IMG/VR virus record: IMGVR_UViG_3300027707_000912
Reading direction: 5' to 3' (one strand)
Length of the DNA stretch: 64,000 nt
Origin: an uncultured virus (IMG/VR IMGVR_UViG_3300027707_000912)
Lineage: Duplodnaviria; Heunggongvirae; Uroviricota; Caudoviricetes
Part shown: positions 1-9,042 of the stretch, piece after piece
How positions within the stretch are numbered: the stretch's first letter is position 1
Layout: each line of letters opens with the position of its first letter
Translations under genes and position numbers: made by a program
The notes under the pieces: model-generated
Seen by the model: only the letters and a program-made list of their open reading frames with translations
Database searches by the model: none
Told to the model about the DNA's origin: nothing

Positions 1-357
1 GGGTTGGTATCCTTGCCATTCCTTTAGTTCATTTTGAAACTCAATTTCACCTGAGTCTGGGGGTACTTGTACATAATACACTATGCTGATCATGTGGTCG
101 CCGTGATAGTGTTCAAATGTTTCCTCACGGGGTGCGCACACATTGATCCACCAACGATCCAACAGCATGTGTGGGTATCTGCTCAATATGTACTGTATCA
201 CCTGCCGGAATGAACCCGCGGCTTCCACTGAGTAGCGATACTGTGAGTGCCATCCTGTAGTGCGTTTGCCCAGAAGTCTTTTGGGTTCGATACGTGTTTG
301 GAACAGGGCTGAGTTGATCAGTGCAGGGTCCAAAGGGTAATGGGCTACGGTGTACAT
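1..357 (-). CDS. 2OG-Fe(II) oxygenase, TIGR02466-like (partial, runs off window; not in ORF track)
   Basis: Manual translation MYTVAHYPLDPAL...WWINVCAPREETFEHYHGDHMISIVYYVQVPPDSGEIEF: W-x-N, HxH, S-x-VYY and SG-x-I-x-F motifs; TAAATA 5 nt upstream on - strand. Confidence 0.75.
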   Translation of the reverse strand, partial: MYTVAHYPLDPALINSALFQTRIEPKRLLGKRTTGWHSQYRYSVEAAGSFRQVIQYILSRYPHMLLDRWWINVCAPREETFEHYHGDHMISIVYYVQVPPDSGEIEFQNELKEWQGYQP

Positions 358-369
358 GCTCATATTTAC

Positions 370-398
370 TTGACAGGTTATGCGTTGAGTGTTATAAT
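370..398 (+). promoter_or_regulatory. sigma70-type early promoter
   Basis: TTGACA-17nt-TATAAT perfect consensus. Confidence 0.9.
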
Positions 399-429
399 TG
401 ACGCATCGCATACACAAATAGAGGCACAA

Positions 430-756
430 ATGGAAGCTGTTCGTGAAACTACTGGGGGCTTATTTCCCGCACACACATATCTACTGGATGGCAACAATCT
501 TGTGGCCTATATCAAGAAGGGTGAGACAGAACCCTATTACTTTAAACAGCCAATCAAGGGCTTCTCCAAGTCAGGGCGCAAGTTTGACAGGGTCACTAGC
601 ACAGCGTTTACCATGCAGGTTGAGCCAGAGGTTGTTCTAAAGGCCATACAAGGGTCCAAGGGCAGTGTGTACTATGTTAACGAAGCTGAGGGTACATGTA
701 CCTGCCCGGGCTACACATATAGGGGTGCTTGCAAGCACGTGAAAGAACTAGCATGA
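430..756 (+). CDS. SWIM zinc-finger protein
   Basis: C-terminal CTCPGYTYRGACKH (CxC..CKH); GAGG RBS before ATG 430. Confidence 0.75.
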   Translation: MEAVRETTGGLFPAHTYLLDGNNLVAYIKKGETEPYYFKQPIKGFSKSGRKFDRVTSTAFTMQVEPEVVLKAIQGSKGSVYYVNEAEGTCTCPGYTYRGACKHVKELA

Positions 757-1148
757 TGATTACAGTACACAGTCGTAATAGACTTTACGCTACATTCGAG
801 AAATGGGAAGTACCCAGAGACTTTGCTGACCCCATGGCCAACTATCTAATATATGGCTATGAGCCTGGCTCATGCTTTACTGGCATCTTGGCCAACGACT
901 TTGTCAGTGCTATACGCAGTTGTCATCCTGTTAACTCAGTTGAATCGCTCAAAGCACTAGCGGGTTGGATACACAGTGACATGCCCAGACAAGCATATGG
1001 TAATTATGAAAGTGTAAGGGCATGGCTGGCCCTTGACGCAGAAGAACGCAGGGCCATATTGGAACACAACAGGCTGATATATACAGCTAGAGAAGAAACG
1101 TGGCTGGCCCTTAAAAATAGCAATGAGGAGTTTGAATATGAGCACTGA
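753..1148 (+). CDS. hypothetical phage protein
   Basis: ORF coupled to upstream gene by ATGA overlap. Confidence 0.7.
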   Translation: MMITVHSRNRLYATFEKWEVPRDFADPMANYLIYGYEPGSCFTGILANDFVSAIRSCHPVNSVESLKALAGWIHSDMPRQAYGNYESVRAWLALDAEERRAILEHNRLIYTAREETWLALKNSNEEFEYEH

Positions 1149-1362
1149 GTCAACTGGCATAACGGGCTTTATTGAAATCTTTGAGGGCCGTCTGACTAAG
1201 ATGAAGCTACACCTTAAAACAGAATTGAGCAAAGACAAGCATGATAGAAATCGCAAGTGGCTTAAAACTCAGCTACGCGATGCTAGCAAACTAAAACAGA
1301 CACTGAAAGAAATGCGTAATGCTAGTGCTAAGAAGTGTCCACATTGCGGAGAACGACTATGA
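1138..1362 (+). CDS. hypothetical coiled-coil protein with C-terminal CPHCG knuckle
   Basis: GAGGAG RBS; KKCPHCGERL. Confidence 0.65.
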   Translation: MSTESTGITGFIEIFEGRLTKMKLHLKTELSKDKHDRNRKWLKTQLRDASKLKQTLKEMRNASAKKCPHCGERL

Positions 1363-1559
1363 ACGAACGAATTCGAATACTGGCTGAACAGGCTACAACA
1401 ACAGTATCAGCCGTGCCCAACGAGTCAATGCCCTGGACTTATTTCGATACTGAAAAGTTCGCCCAGTTGATTGTGCGGGAATGCATGTCTAAATTGTATC
1501 TAAATGGATATGATGATGCCATGATACAGCTTCAAAAAGATTTTGGACTTGGCGAATGA
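1359..1559 (+). CDS. hypothetical phage protein
   Basis: ATGA overlap; MNERIRILAEQA...EKFAQLIVREC. Confidence 0.65.
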   Translation: MNERIRILAEQATTTVSAVPNESMPWTYFDTEKFAQLIVRECMSKLYLNGYDDAMIQLQKDFGLGE

Positions 1560-1924
1560 CTGGGGAAATCACAGTGGAGATGCTGGACCAAACTATTCAA
1601 TGGTGCAAGCAAAACGCATTTTGGGGCAAGGGTTCTGCCATACCTCGTATGCTGGACTTTTACTTTGAAAAGACTCGCTCCATAGTGGATGAAGATTGGC
1701 CAGAGAGTTTTACTTTAGAAGAACTTGCTCAAGCATTGGGAATAGAGCAAGTGCGTTATAGGATTTACTACAGTCAAGACAACCTCACATTAAGACTGTT
1801 TGTGTTCCGTCCTCGATGCACTTGGGACGAACAAAAAATCATGTTGGACTTGGGATTTGTGATTGCACAGGATAACGACTCCAACACTATTCCCAACCAA
1901 CCTGTAGAGGCAGTTGAACTATGA
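1556..1924 (+). CDS. hypothetical protein
   Basis: ORF with ATGA overlaps on both sides. Confidence 0.65.
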   Translation: MTGEITVEMLDQTIQWCKQNAFWGKGSAIPRMLDFYFEKTRSIVDEDWPESFTLEELAQALGIEQVRYRIYYSQDNLTLRLFVFRPRCTWDEQKIMLDLGFVIAQDNDSNTIPNQPVEAVEL

Positions 1925-2028
1925 CACATACCATACGGATCACATGTCCACGATGCTTTTTGCGGTTCGCCTACACCCAGAAAAACGGCAACACCATGTT
2001 CTCACACGTGGTTAGGTGCAAAGAATGA
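1921..2028 (+). CDS. small putative zinc-binding protein (35 aa, not in ORF track)
   Basis: MTHTIRITCPRCFLRF...FSHVVRCKE; CxxC..HxxxC; fills gap with ATGA overlaps. Confidence 0.5.
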   Translation: MTHTIRITCPRCFLRFAYTQKNGNTMFSHVVRCKE

Positions 2029-2264
2029 ACCTAGCAGACTACTTTAAAGCTAATCGCCCTGAGCCCAAATATAATTTTGGTGATAGGATTGAAGGCACAT
2101 ACAAGGGTATACCTTTTGTGGGTACTGCATATGGAGACAACATGCGCAGTGAACTGGAAGGCCCTATGGTCAGTGTGCATTTGGACTTGCCCATGATGAT
2201 TGGATTTGTTTGGCATCATAATATACGTGTTAAATACGAAGACATCAAAGGATTGAGAAAATGA
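2025..2264 (+). CDS. hypothetical protein (SH3/KOW-like beta pattern)
   Basis: KYNFGDRIEG motif; coupled ORF. Confidence 0.6.
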   Translation: MNLADYFKANRPEPKYNFGDRIEGTYKGIPFVGTAYGDNMRSELEGPMVSVHLDLPMMIGFVWHHNIRVKYEDIKGLRK

Positions 2265-2497
2265 CTATCTTTATACCTGTGCTGTTTATTTGCCTTAACG
2301 GCAACTGTGAATTTATGCAGGGCAAAACACACTACAAAAATGAAGCTCAATGTGTAGCCAGTTTGGACATGCAAAAACAGCATATGCGAAATTTGGTTAA
2401 AGAAGCAGAGAAACAAGGCACCAAAGGTGAAATAACCATTTTGGAAGGTACTTGTATTGATGCTGAAATCAAAACAACTCAGGGACGAATAACATGA
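2261..2497 (+). CDS. hypothetical Cys-containing protein with hydrophobic N-terminus
   Basis: MTIFIPVLFICLNGNC. Confidence 0.6.
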   Translation: MTIFIPVLFICLNGNCEFMQGKTHYKNEAQCVASLDMQKQHMRNLVKEAEKQGTKGEITILEGTCIDAEIKTTQGRIT

Positions 2498-2691
2498 CTC
2501 TTGAAGACTTAGAATATATCTTTGAATATCAAATTGAAGAAGGCACAGAGAAACTGTACTTCATGCTGACTGATGGTGATCGTCATCCTGTGATACAACG
2601 ACATCCTGCCGACGATTTGGCTGGCTTATTGCCCATGCTGGACTCGTTTCAATACACAGGACACAATGTGATGCCGAGGTTTAAGAAATGA
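2494..2691 (+). CDS. hypothetical protein
   Basis: coupled ORF. Confidence 0.55.
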   Translation: MTLEDLEYIFEYQIEEGTEKLYFMLTDGDRHPVIQRHPADDLAGLLPMLDSFQYTGHNVMPRFKK

Positions 2692-2864
2692 AAGTAGACA
2701 GAATCGATCCAGCTGTAGCACACAACATTGAGTTGGCCAAGCTGACACAACAACAAACAATCAAACAGCAACAACTCAAAGTGATTACTGATAGACAGGA
2801 AGAAATAAAGCAGATGCGTCCCAAGGATCCAGGCAAGGGTGCCAACATAGATGAGATGGTGTAA
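2688..2864 (+). CDS. hypothetical Gln-rich protein (58 aa, not in ORF track)
   Basis: MKVDRIDPAVAHNIELAK...GKGANIDEMV fills the gap exactly. Confidence 0.55.
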   Translation: MKVDRIDPAVAHNIELAKLTQQQTIKQQQLKVITDRQEEIKQMRPKDPGKGANIDEMV

Positions 2865-2866
2865 CA

Positions 2867-3232
2867 ATGATTAAAGGCTTAATGGGCACCTGCGGAGTTA
2901 CAGTATCAGGTGGTGATACTAGTTTGCCCTACGTTAGCGCAAATCCTAGCAACCCTGTCCAGGGTATGATACGTATTAACAACACAGACTTAGAAGTATT
3001 CAATGGCACAGGCTGGCAATCACTACCCAGCAGTTATGCCACTGTGAGTTTAGATCAAGACACACAGGATTTATTGCAATGGGCCAGAGCACAACGTACC
3101 ATGGCCATGAACAGACTTACCCTGGCCCAAAACAATCCAGCACTGATGAAGGCATTGGAAAAGTTAAAGAAGGCCCAAGACGACTTTGAGTTACTAGCCC
3201 GATTTGTAGAACATGATAAACTTTCCGCCTAA
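2867..3232 (+). CDS. hypothetical phage protein
   Basis: GMIRIN..LEVFNGTGW motif followed by coiled coil. Confidence 0.65.
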   Translation: MIKGLMGTCGVTVSGGDTSLPYVSANPSNPVQGMIRINNTDLEVFNGTGWQSLPSSYATVSLDQDTQDLLQWARAQRTMAMNRLTLAQNNPALMKALEKLKKAQDDFELLARFVEHDKLSA

Positions 3233-3455
3233 TCAAGATTACTTAGAACGGTTTGACTATTCGATCAAAGTTAAATTAGGCAAGAGCTATTCACCGGAGT
3301 TCAAAGACTTTTATTCATGGTGTGACAACCATTTGGGTGTGCGTTACAAAGATTGGTTTATTGTCAGTGCAGGCAAAGACACATATACACTTAGATGTCG
3401 CAACAACAAATGGGCAACCTTTTTGGTGCTCTCACATGTTGACAAGCTGGTCTAA
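3213..3455 (+). CDS. small protein, F-x-L-x-W family-like
   Basis: WCDNHLG..W..KWATFLVLSH resembles paralogs at 4983-6398. Confidence 0.6.
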   Translation: MINFPPNQDYLERFDYSIKVKLGKSYSPEFKDFYSWCDNHLGVRYKDWFIVSAGKDTYTLRCRNNKWATFLVLSHVDKLV

Positions 3456-3467
3456 TGGCCGTATAAT
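3439..3467 (+). promoter_or_regulatory. sigma70-type early promoter
   Basis: TTGACA-17nt-TATAAT. Confidence 0.9.
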
Positions 3468-3490
3468 TACAGTAAGTAAAAGGAGCCAGT

Positions 3491-3646
3491 ATGAACTTTA
3501 GAACGTGGTGCAGAGAAAAATGGTTCGAGCATAAAGATGAGCTTGAAGCCTATGGGCAGACTCCATCTTATACTGCCGACGGGTACTTTCAAATGTACAA
3601 GTACTGGCTCAAACGAGAATATCGACATCAACAAAGGAATGTATAA
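3491..3646 (+). CDS. hypothetical protein (51 aa, not in ORF track)
   Basis: AGGAG RBS; MNFRTWCREKWFEHKDE...YWLKREYR. Confidence 0.7.
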   Translation: MNFRTWCREKWFEHKDELEAYGQTPSYTADGYFQMYKYWLKREYRHQQRNV

Positions 3647-3819
3647 TGGATAAATTTGTACAATGGTATCGCAGTTACAGCGTAGAGATTACTTGGTTTA
3701 TTATTGGCTGGCTAGTGTTTGCCGGCATTGATGCACTGTTACGTGAAAGTTACGGCTTTGCTCTGTTTAACTTTGCACTGGTATACATCAACTATAGGTT
3801 ATATAAAAACAATGTTTGA
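3646..3819 (+). CDS. small membrane protein (57 aa, not in ORF track)
   Basis: TAATG overlap; two hydrophobic segments. Confidence 0.6.
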   Translation: MDKFVQWYRSYSVEITWFIIGWLVFAGIDALLRESYGFALFNFALVYINYRLYKNNV

Positions 3820-3867
3820 TAGCCTGTTTATCTTATTGGCACATTCATTAACTTATTTAGGATTAGT

Positions 3868-4344
3868 ATGGCTAGCAGTTTAACAGTAGTAAAGGGCAAC
3901 TTGATTGCCATGGGCAAGGCTAACGACTTTGACATCATTGTACATGGGTGTAATTGTTTTTGTACAATGGGCGCAGGTATCGCCGCACAGATTGCACAAC
4001 AGTTTCCAGATGCGAACTTAGCGGATGCTGAGACTGTACGTGGTGACCCTGGCAAGCTAGGTACGTACACAATTGGCATGAGTGGTCGATTGGTTATTCT
4101 TAATGCCTATACCCAATATGGAACAAGCAACACAGGAAGAGATGTATTTGAATACACAGCCTTTGAACGTGTGCTGGACAAGATTGCCAGCCGCTTTGGC
4201 AAATGGCGCATCGGACTTCCAATGATTGGTATGGGTCTAGCAGGAGGTGATGCAGAGCGTATCATTCCTATGTTAGAACGGTTTGCTGAACGCATGGCCC
4301 AAGCAGGCGGCAGTGCTACACTGGTGGAATATGTTCAATCTTAA
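3868..4344 (+). CDS. macro domain (ADP-ribose binding/hydrolase) protein
   Basis: KGNLI, IVHGCNCFCTMGAGIAAQIA, NAYTQY, PMIGMGLAGGD motifs. Confidence 0.9.
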   Translation: MASSLTVVKGNLIAMGKANDFDIIVHGCNCFCTMGAGIAAQIAQQFPDANLADAETVRGDPGKLGTYTIGMSGRLVILNAYTQYGTSNTGRDVFEYTAFERVLDKIASRFGKWRIGLPMIGMGLAGGDAERIIPMLERFAERMAQAGGSATLVEYVQS

Positions 4345-4582
4345 CTTTAACGTAACCAATCCGTGGAGTACACGTTGGCGTTTTCTATTTGGTAAGTCAG
4401 GGCTACTAGCCAAACACAAAGCCTGGGAGTTTAACGGATATCGAACACATCACATAATTGACATCAATTTTAGTTTGTCATTTACAGGTGACCACCCGGG
4501 TGTGTCTGTCATGTTAGGGCTTGTAGGCTACAGTTTAGAATTAAGTATATACGACACACGTCATGGAGATATGAGATGTTAG
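4331..4582 (+). CDS. hypothetical protein
   Basis: ORF between macro and SGNH genes. Confidence 0.55.
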   Translation: MFNLNFNVTNPWSTRWRFLFGKSGLLAKHKAWEFNGYRTHHIIDINFSLSFTGDHPGVSVMLGLVGYSLELSIYDTRHGDMRC

Positions 4583-4986
4583 ATTGTTTGATCATGGGCG
4601 ATAGCCTAGCAGTGGGTGTAGGACAGATTCGACAGGAATGTACAACTCGTGCCAAGAGTGGTATCAACAGTTACGACTATGTTAATCGACATTTATGGCA
4701 CACTAACGGCAACAATCAGGCTAAAACTATTATTATCAGTTTGGGCAGTAACGATACTAAGAACATTAATACATTTGAAGAACTTGATACGCTACGCCAA
4801 TTGGTCAAGGCAGACCGTGTCTATTGGATTGTGCCAGCTATCAAAGAAGACAAGCGCAAGGCAGTATGGGCAGTGGCTAACAAATATCACGATCATGTTA
4901 TCGAAGCTCGTAATCATGAACTTAGTCCAGATCGAGTACACCCCACACACAAGGGTTACACTAGTATTGCTAATCAAACACGATGA
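4576..4986 (+). CDS. SGNH/GDSL hydrolase
   Basis: GDSL block I, GSND block III, DRVHP block V. Confidence 0.85.
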   Translation: MLDCLIMGDSLAVGVGQIRQECTTRAKSGINSYDYVNRHLWHTNGNNQAKTIIISLGSNDTKNINTFEELDTLRQLVKADRVYWIVPAIKEDKRKAVWAVANKYHDHVIEARNHELSPDRVHPTHKGYTSIANQTR

Positions 4987-5249
4987 AACCCGTAATACTA
5001 ACTGTTGATCAATGGAAAACAATTCGCAAAGAGTTACAAACAGAACACCCTAAAACTATGTTTATGATTAGGGATAAGATGAAACGTGTATTAGGATTTA
5101 CAGTCAGAGAGCATAATGAATGGGTAATAAAACCAGACGGTGGTTATGGTGAATACCAAATACATTTAGATTTTTATAGTGAAAACAAACGTACAATGTT
5201 CTTGTTAAAGTTTAGTGAAGTAATAGGGAATAAAGATGGAAAACTGTGA
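4983..5249 (+). CDS. small protein, F-x-L-x-W family
   Basis: C-terminal FYSENKRTMFLLKFS. Confidence 0.7.
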   Translation: MKPVILTVDQWKTIRKELQTEHPKTMFMIRDKMKRVLGFTVREHNEWVIKPDGGYGEYQIHLDFYSENKRTMFLLKFSEVIGNKDGKL

Positions 5250-5460
5250 AGTGGGCATGTTTAGATTGCCGGGCCTTGTATTTGAAAAAGACCAATTGCC
5301 TCCTGAACTACTTGAGGAGATGATTGCTTGGGCCAATGCTGAAGGTGTTGGCATGAGCATGACTGATCGTTTGTGGTCATTTAAAAAAGAAGCACATAGA
5401 GAATGGTTTATCCTCAAATGGAGTGATAGCATTCCAAGACCAGATCCTAAGGATGTATGA
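5236..5460 (+). CDS. small protein, F-x-L-x-W family
   Basis: FKKEAHREWFILKWS. Confidence 0.7.
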   Translation: MENCEVGMFRLPGLVFEKDQLPPELLEEMIAWANAEGVGMSMTDRLWSFKKEAHREWFILKWSDSIPRPDPKDV

Positions 5461-5714
5461 CAATGGCTTGGGCAATAAGTAACGGTACTATTTACGGAAA
5501 ACGATACTATACAATAATGCCGCCTATGTTTTGTTACAACTGGCCCGACATGGAACTGTGGTGCTATCAACGATTTGGTCCTACTGGCAGTCTATGGAAA
5601 GAGCGGAAGAATCTTGCGCCAGAACCAAATCAGCGTTGGTATGCTAACGACAGTAAGTTTTGGTTTCTAGAAGAGAAAGATCTTAATTGGTTTGTATTAC
5701 GGTGGATGGAATGA
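5457..5714 (+). CDS. small protein, F-x-L-x-W family
   Basis: WCYQRFG..FLEEKDLNWFVLRW. Confidence 0.7.
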   Translation: MTMAWAISNGTIYGKRYYTIMPPMFCYNWPDMELWCYQRFGPTGSLWKERKNLAPEPNQRWYANDSKFWFLEEKDLNWFVLRWME

Positions 5715-5941
5715 AGACAGAACAACGTAAACAATATTGGGGAGCTCTACATGCTGTGCGTAGCGAGTATAGAGAAGCTGTGGGAAACAATGCTGAAATG
5801 ACCGGCCCCACAATGCCTTATTGGGTAGAACAAAAATACGGACTTCGCATGGGTCTAGATGGATCAGGTAACTACACACAATACTACGATGTTGTGGATC
5901 CTAAACGATTTTTATTTTTTCAAATAAAGTATATGAAATGA
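5711..5941 (+). CDS. small protein, F-x-L-x-W family-like
   Basis: VVDPKRFLFFQIKY. Confidence 0.65.
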   Translation: MKTEQRKQYWGALHAVRSEYREAVGNNAEMTGPTMPYWVEQKYGLRMGLDGSGNYTQYYDVVDPKRFLFFQIKYMK

Positions 5942-6192
5942 ATATAGAAGAAGATATTATTAATCGAGCTGGCAAACGAATGGCTGATGAAATAGACTTT
6001 CAAATTCTAGCCGATATGCTTTGTGAACTAGGGTGGCGCAAGGTTATACTCAGTCCAATGACATGGGAAATGGGACTTGAAGTAGATGCGTGGACAGCAA
6101 AACATATCAAAGGCCCAGTTGAAAACATGGGATTAGTTTGGATATTTGAACAGGAAGAAGATGCAAATTGGTTTGCACTGAGGTGGCTATGA
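5938..6192 (+). CDS. small protein, F-x-L-x-W family
   Basis: FEQEEDANWFALRWL. Confidence 0.7.
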   Translation: MNIEEDIINRAGKRMADEIDFQILADMLCELGWRKVILSPMTWEMGLEVDAWTAKHIKGPVENMGLVWIFEQEEDANWFALRWL

Positions 6193-6398
6193 TAACAACT
6201 AGATTTGAAGAAAGCGTATGGAATCAAATTGCTGATTACTATTATGATAATATACATTGGAACAAAGAGTTTCCTAACATGACAATAGATCGTTGGGTAT
6301 TGGAAAAGTTTGGTGCTAAGGTTAATAGAGATGATCGTCTACTTGAATTTAATACCGCGTCAAAGAGAGATTGGTTTATACTTCGATGGGGGATGTAA
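6189..6398 (+). CDS. small protein, F-x-L-x-W family
   Basis: FNTASKRDWFILRWG. Confidence 0.7.
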   Translation: MITTRFEESVWNQIADYYYDNIHWNKEFPNMTIDRWVLEKFGAKVNRDDRLLEFNTASKRDWFILRWGM

Positions 6399-7012
6399 TG
6401 CAAGCACCAGTAATATATCCTTTATTCTCTGCGCCGGTATATGTACAGTTTGGGTTAAATCTTAGTGTATTAGACAGTACATTAACAGAATTAGAACAAC
6501 TACCTGGCCTTGGTCCTGACTGTGGATTGAGCCAAAACATTGATGTATTAGATCGTCCAGATCTTGCTAACATACGCAAACTATGTGAACAGCATTTACA
6601 GTTATATGTGTCAAATATATGTGGCTATGACAACGATATACGTATAACAACCAGTTGGATGTCACGTAATCCCCCGGGTGTTGATCATCCCCCACACAAT
6701 CATCCAAACAGTTTGTTTAGTGGATGCTTGTATTTGAAATCAAGTCCAGATAATAAATTTAATCTGCATGGACAAAATCACTTTACAAAACACTGGCCGT
6801 TCACATATAATATAAAAACAAATAATATTTACAACAGCGATGATTGGTGGATTCCAGTAGACACAGGTACACTGGTTATATTTCCCAGTAACTTACAACA
6901 TAGCGCAGGCCCTAACCAATTAGATGAAACTCGTATTGTATTATGCTTTAACTCTTTTATAAAAGGTACACTAGGCAGCTCAGGAGACTTTGCCGCTAGA
7001 TTAAAATTATGA
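6398..7012 (+). CDS. 2OG-Fe(II) oxygenase, TIGR02466-like
   Basis: PLFSAPVY, HNHPNSLFSGCLY, GTLVIFPSNLQH, RIVLCFN. Confidence 0.85.
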   Translation: MQAPVIYPLFSAPVYVQFGLNLSVLDSTLTELEQLPGLGPDCGLSQNIDVLDRPDLANIRKLCEQHLQLYVSNICGYDNDIRITTSWMSRNPPGVDHPPHNHPNSLFSGCLYLKSSPDNKFNLHGQNHFTKHWPFTYNIKTNNIYNSDDWWIPVDTGTLVIFPSNLQHSAGPNQLDETRIVLCFNSFIKGTLGSSGDFAARLKL

Positions 7013-7509
7013 ACATATTTTTAGACATGGATGATGTGGTTGCCGCCTGGCAAGAACGAGCACAGGATATATTGAAGCTACGTGTTAACAAAGACAGTGA
7101 CCGTATTCCTCAAGCGGAATGGGATAAACTCAAAGAAGACCTGCGCTTTTATCGTGACTTGCCATTAATGGAAGGCGCACATGAGCTGGTTGGCATGTGC
7201 AAAGAATATATTGCTCAAAATCCGCAGTACACACTACGATTCCTAACAGCACTACCACACGACTATTCAATGCCGTTGGCGGTGTATGATAAAGTACATT
7301 GGGGAGACCAACACTTCCCAGGCATACCAGTTACCATCGGGCCATTCAGCTACGACAAATGGCGACACTGTAAAAACTCAGGAGATATCCTGATTGATGA
7401 CAGGCATTCAAATTGCGAAGAATGGGAAGCTCGAGGCGGCAAGGCCCACGTGTATACCACTTGGACTAACTGCAAGCCGTGGTTAGAGAAAGAGCTTGGC
7501 CAACTATAG
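7009..7509 (+). CDS. 5'(3')-deoxyribonucleotidase (HAD superfamily)
   Basis: IFLDMDDV motif I, FLTA, ILIDD motif IV, W..GG. Confidence 0.85.
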   Translation: MNIFLDMDDVVAAWQERAQDILKLRVNKDSDRIPQAEWDKLKEDLRFYRDLPLMEGAHELVGMCKEYIAQNPQYTLRFLTALPHDYSMPLAVYDKVHWGDQHFPGIPVTIGPFSYDKWRHCKNSGDILIDDRHSNCEEWEARGGKAHVYTTWTNCKPWLEKELGQL

Positions 7510-7852
7510 TCAAGCCAGTAATGGCCCAATGGCCAGCCCAAAAGAAAAACGTGTAATTGATAAGTTTATGGTATTTGGTGATCGGGTACACGAAATACAC
7601 ACAGTTATTGTACACCGATTTAGAATGGGCGATGTTGAAGATCCAGACTTGTATGCGGCTGAACCATTATTGGCTTGGCAACAAAGTGAAATGGGTGAAT
7701 GGATAATGGAACGGGCTGTGGATACTCCAGAATGGCACCGAATGGCAGATGTTGCTAGTTACGGATACAAATATGCTATTGTAGCCAAACTCAAAGATGT
7801 TGATTACACTTGGTGGACGCTCAAATGGGGCAACACTGTGATTGACATATAA
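7496..7852 (+). CDS. hypothetical protein, F-x-L-x-W family-like C-terminus
   Basis: GDVEDPDLYAAEP..DYTWWTLKWG; start uncertain. Confidence 0.7.
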   Translation: MANYSQASNGPMASPKEKRVIDKFMVFGDRVHEIHTVIVHRFRMGDVEDPDLYAAEPLLAWQQSEMGEWIMERAVDTPEWHRMADVASYGYKYAIVAKLKDVDYTWWTLKWGNTVIDI

Positions 7853-7870
7853 TCATAATGATAGTATAAT
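7842..7870 (+). promoter_or_regulatory. sigma70-type early promoter (likely leaderless transcript)
   Basis: TTGACA-17nt-TATAAT, ATG 5 nt downstream. Confidence 0.9.
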
Positions 7871-7875
7871 ACAGC

Positions 7876-8349
7876 ATGACAGAAACAATCTTCTATATCA
7901 AAAAAGGTCGCAAGTACATTCCGCACAGTACCTATAGTTCGGAGTTCTGCGACAGCTTTCCCAAAGGCACACACTTGGTTGATGTGTACCCTGGTGGATC
8001 AAGTCGTAGGTTCAACATTGATCCAGCTTATGCTCCAATGATAGCCGCGGCCCGAGTTGCCGAAGATGCTATTAGTAACAGCATCATGGAGGCAAGTAAG
8101 TTGCGTGTTCCTGAACGTGATCAGCCATTAACTCCAGCACAGTTAAAAGCATGGAAGGCATTGGCCAAGGCATTTGGTAAAGATCAGTATGCCCTTGAGT
8201 GGTGTAGTTATAGAGAAGCAGCCGAGGCCGGTATCAAGGCCATGCAGGTAGAGGCAGACAAACTGTTAACTAACCCAACTGTTCGTAAAGCATACGAAAA
8301 GTTTTTATTTGTATCAGCACTAACAAAGGATCATACTAATGGAACCTAG
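7876..8349 (+). CDS. hypothetical phage protein
   Basis: ORF directly behind promoter. Confidence 0.75.
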   Translation: MTETIFYIKKGRKYIPHSTYSSEFCDSFPKGTHLVDVYPGGSSRRFNIDPAYAPMIAAARVAEDAISNSIMEASKLRVPERDQPLTPAQLKAWKALAKAFGKDQYALEWCSYREAAEAGIKAMQVEADKLLTNPTVRKAYEKFLFVSALTKDHTNGT

Positions 8350-8524
8350 ACATTTATACACTATTAAATGGACACAACCATATTCAACGGCGCACCAACG
8401 CCCGTACCTGCGTGGCTTACACCAGCAAATGGAACAACTGATTGAACACTATCTTGAAGATGGTGAGTTCAGCGAAGCAAAACTAATTATAGAGAGGATT
8501 AAAAATGCAAATAAGAGCAACTGA
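8339..8524 (+). CDS. hypothetical protein
   Basis: AAGGA RBS; ORF. Confidence 0.6.
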   Translation: MEPRHLYTIKWTQPYSTAHQRPYLRGLHQQMEQLIEHYLEDGEFSEAKLIIERIKNANKSN

Positions 8525-8705
8525 AAACCCCAAAGAGTTTGGTAACTGCGGCTGTGGCCGTAGCCCAACGGGTAAATGTGTAGGATGGCATGGACTGAGT
8601 GATCAGGAATGGGCTGAAGGTAAAACACAGCTAGTCCATAATCTGCTATCAGGACATGGAAAAGTAGCAATCGTAGATGAAAGCTCAGATGATGAAGATC
8701 TTTGA
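8505..8705 (+). CDS. CDGSH-like iron-sulfur/zinc-binding small protein
   Basis: CGCGRSPTGKCVGWH matches the C-x-C-x2-S-x4-C-x-G-x-H pattern. Confidence 0.6.
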   Translation: MQIRATENPKEFGNCGCGRSPTGKCVGWHGLSDQEWAEGKTQLVHNLLSGHGKVAIVDESSDDEDL

Positions 8706-9021
8706 TAAATGGCTTTACACCAAAGTTCGTCATATGTGGGAAAACAAATGCGAATACGAAGAACCACAAAACAGCTGGCTAAAAAATAACAAACAAATGG
8801 CAATAGGTATGGGTACAACAGCAATGGTAGAACGCGGCAATGCCGAAGGACAAGATCGAATCACCTTTGAACTGACATCAGCAGTAGGTGGCCGCATCTT
8901 GAATGTGCGCAGATATGACGACCGTAAGGATCGACACGATAGCCAAACTTACGTGATCCCCAGCGGAGAAGATGTAGGGTCTAGGGTAGCCAAAATTATT
9001 AACTTAGAATTGATTAAATAA
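8689..9021 (+). CDS. hypothetical phage protein
   Basis: ORF; start approximate. Confidence 0.65.
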   Translation: MMKIFDKWLYTKVRHMWENKCEYEEPQNSWLKNNKQMAIGMGTTAMVERGNAEGQDRITFELTSAVGGRILNVRRYDDRKDRHDSQTYVIPSGEDVGSRVAKIINLELIK

Positions 9022-9042
9022 ACTTACCAATTGGAGATTCTT

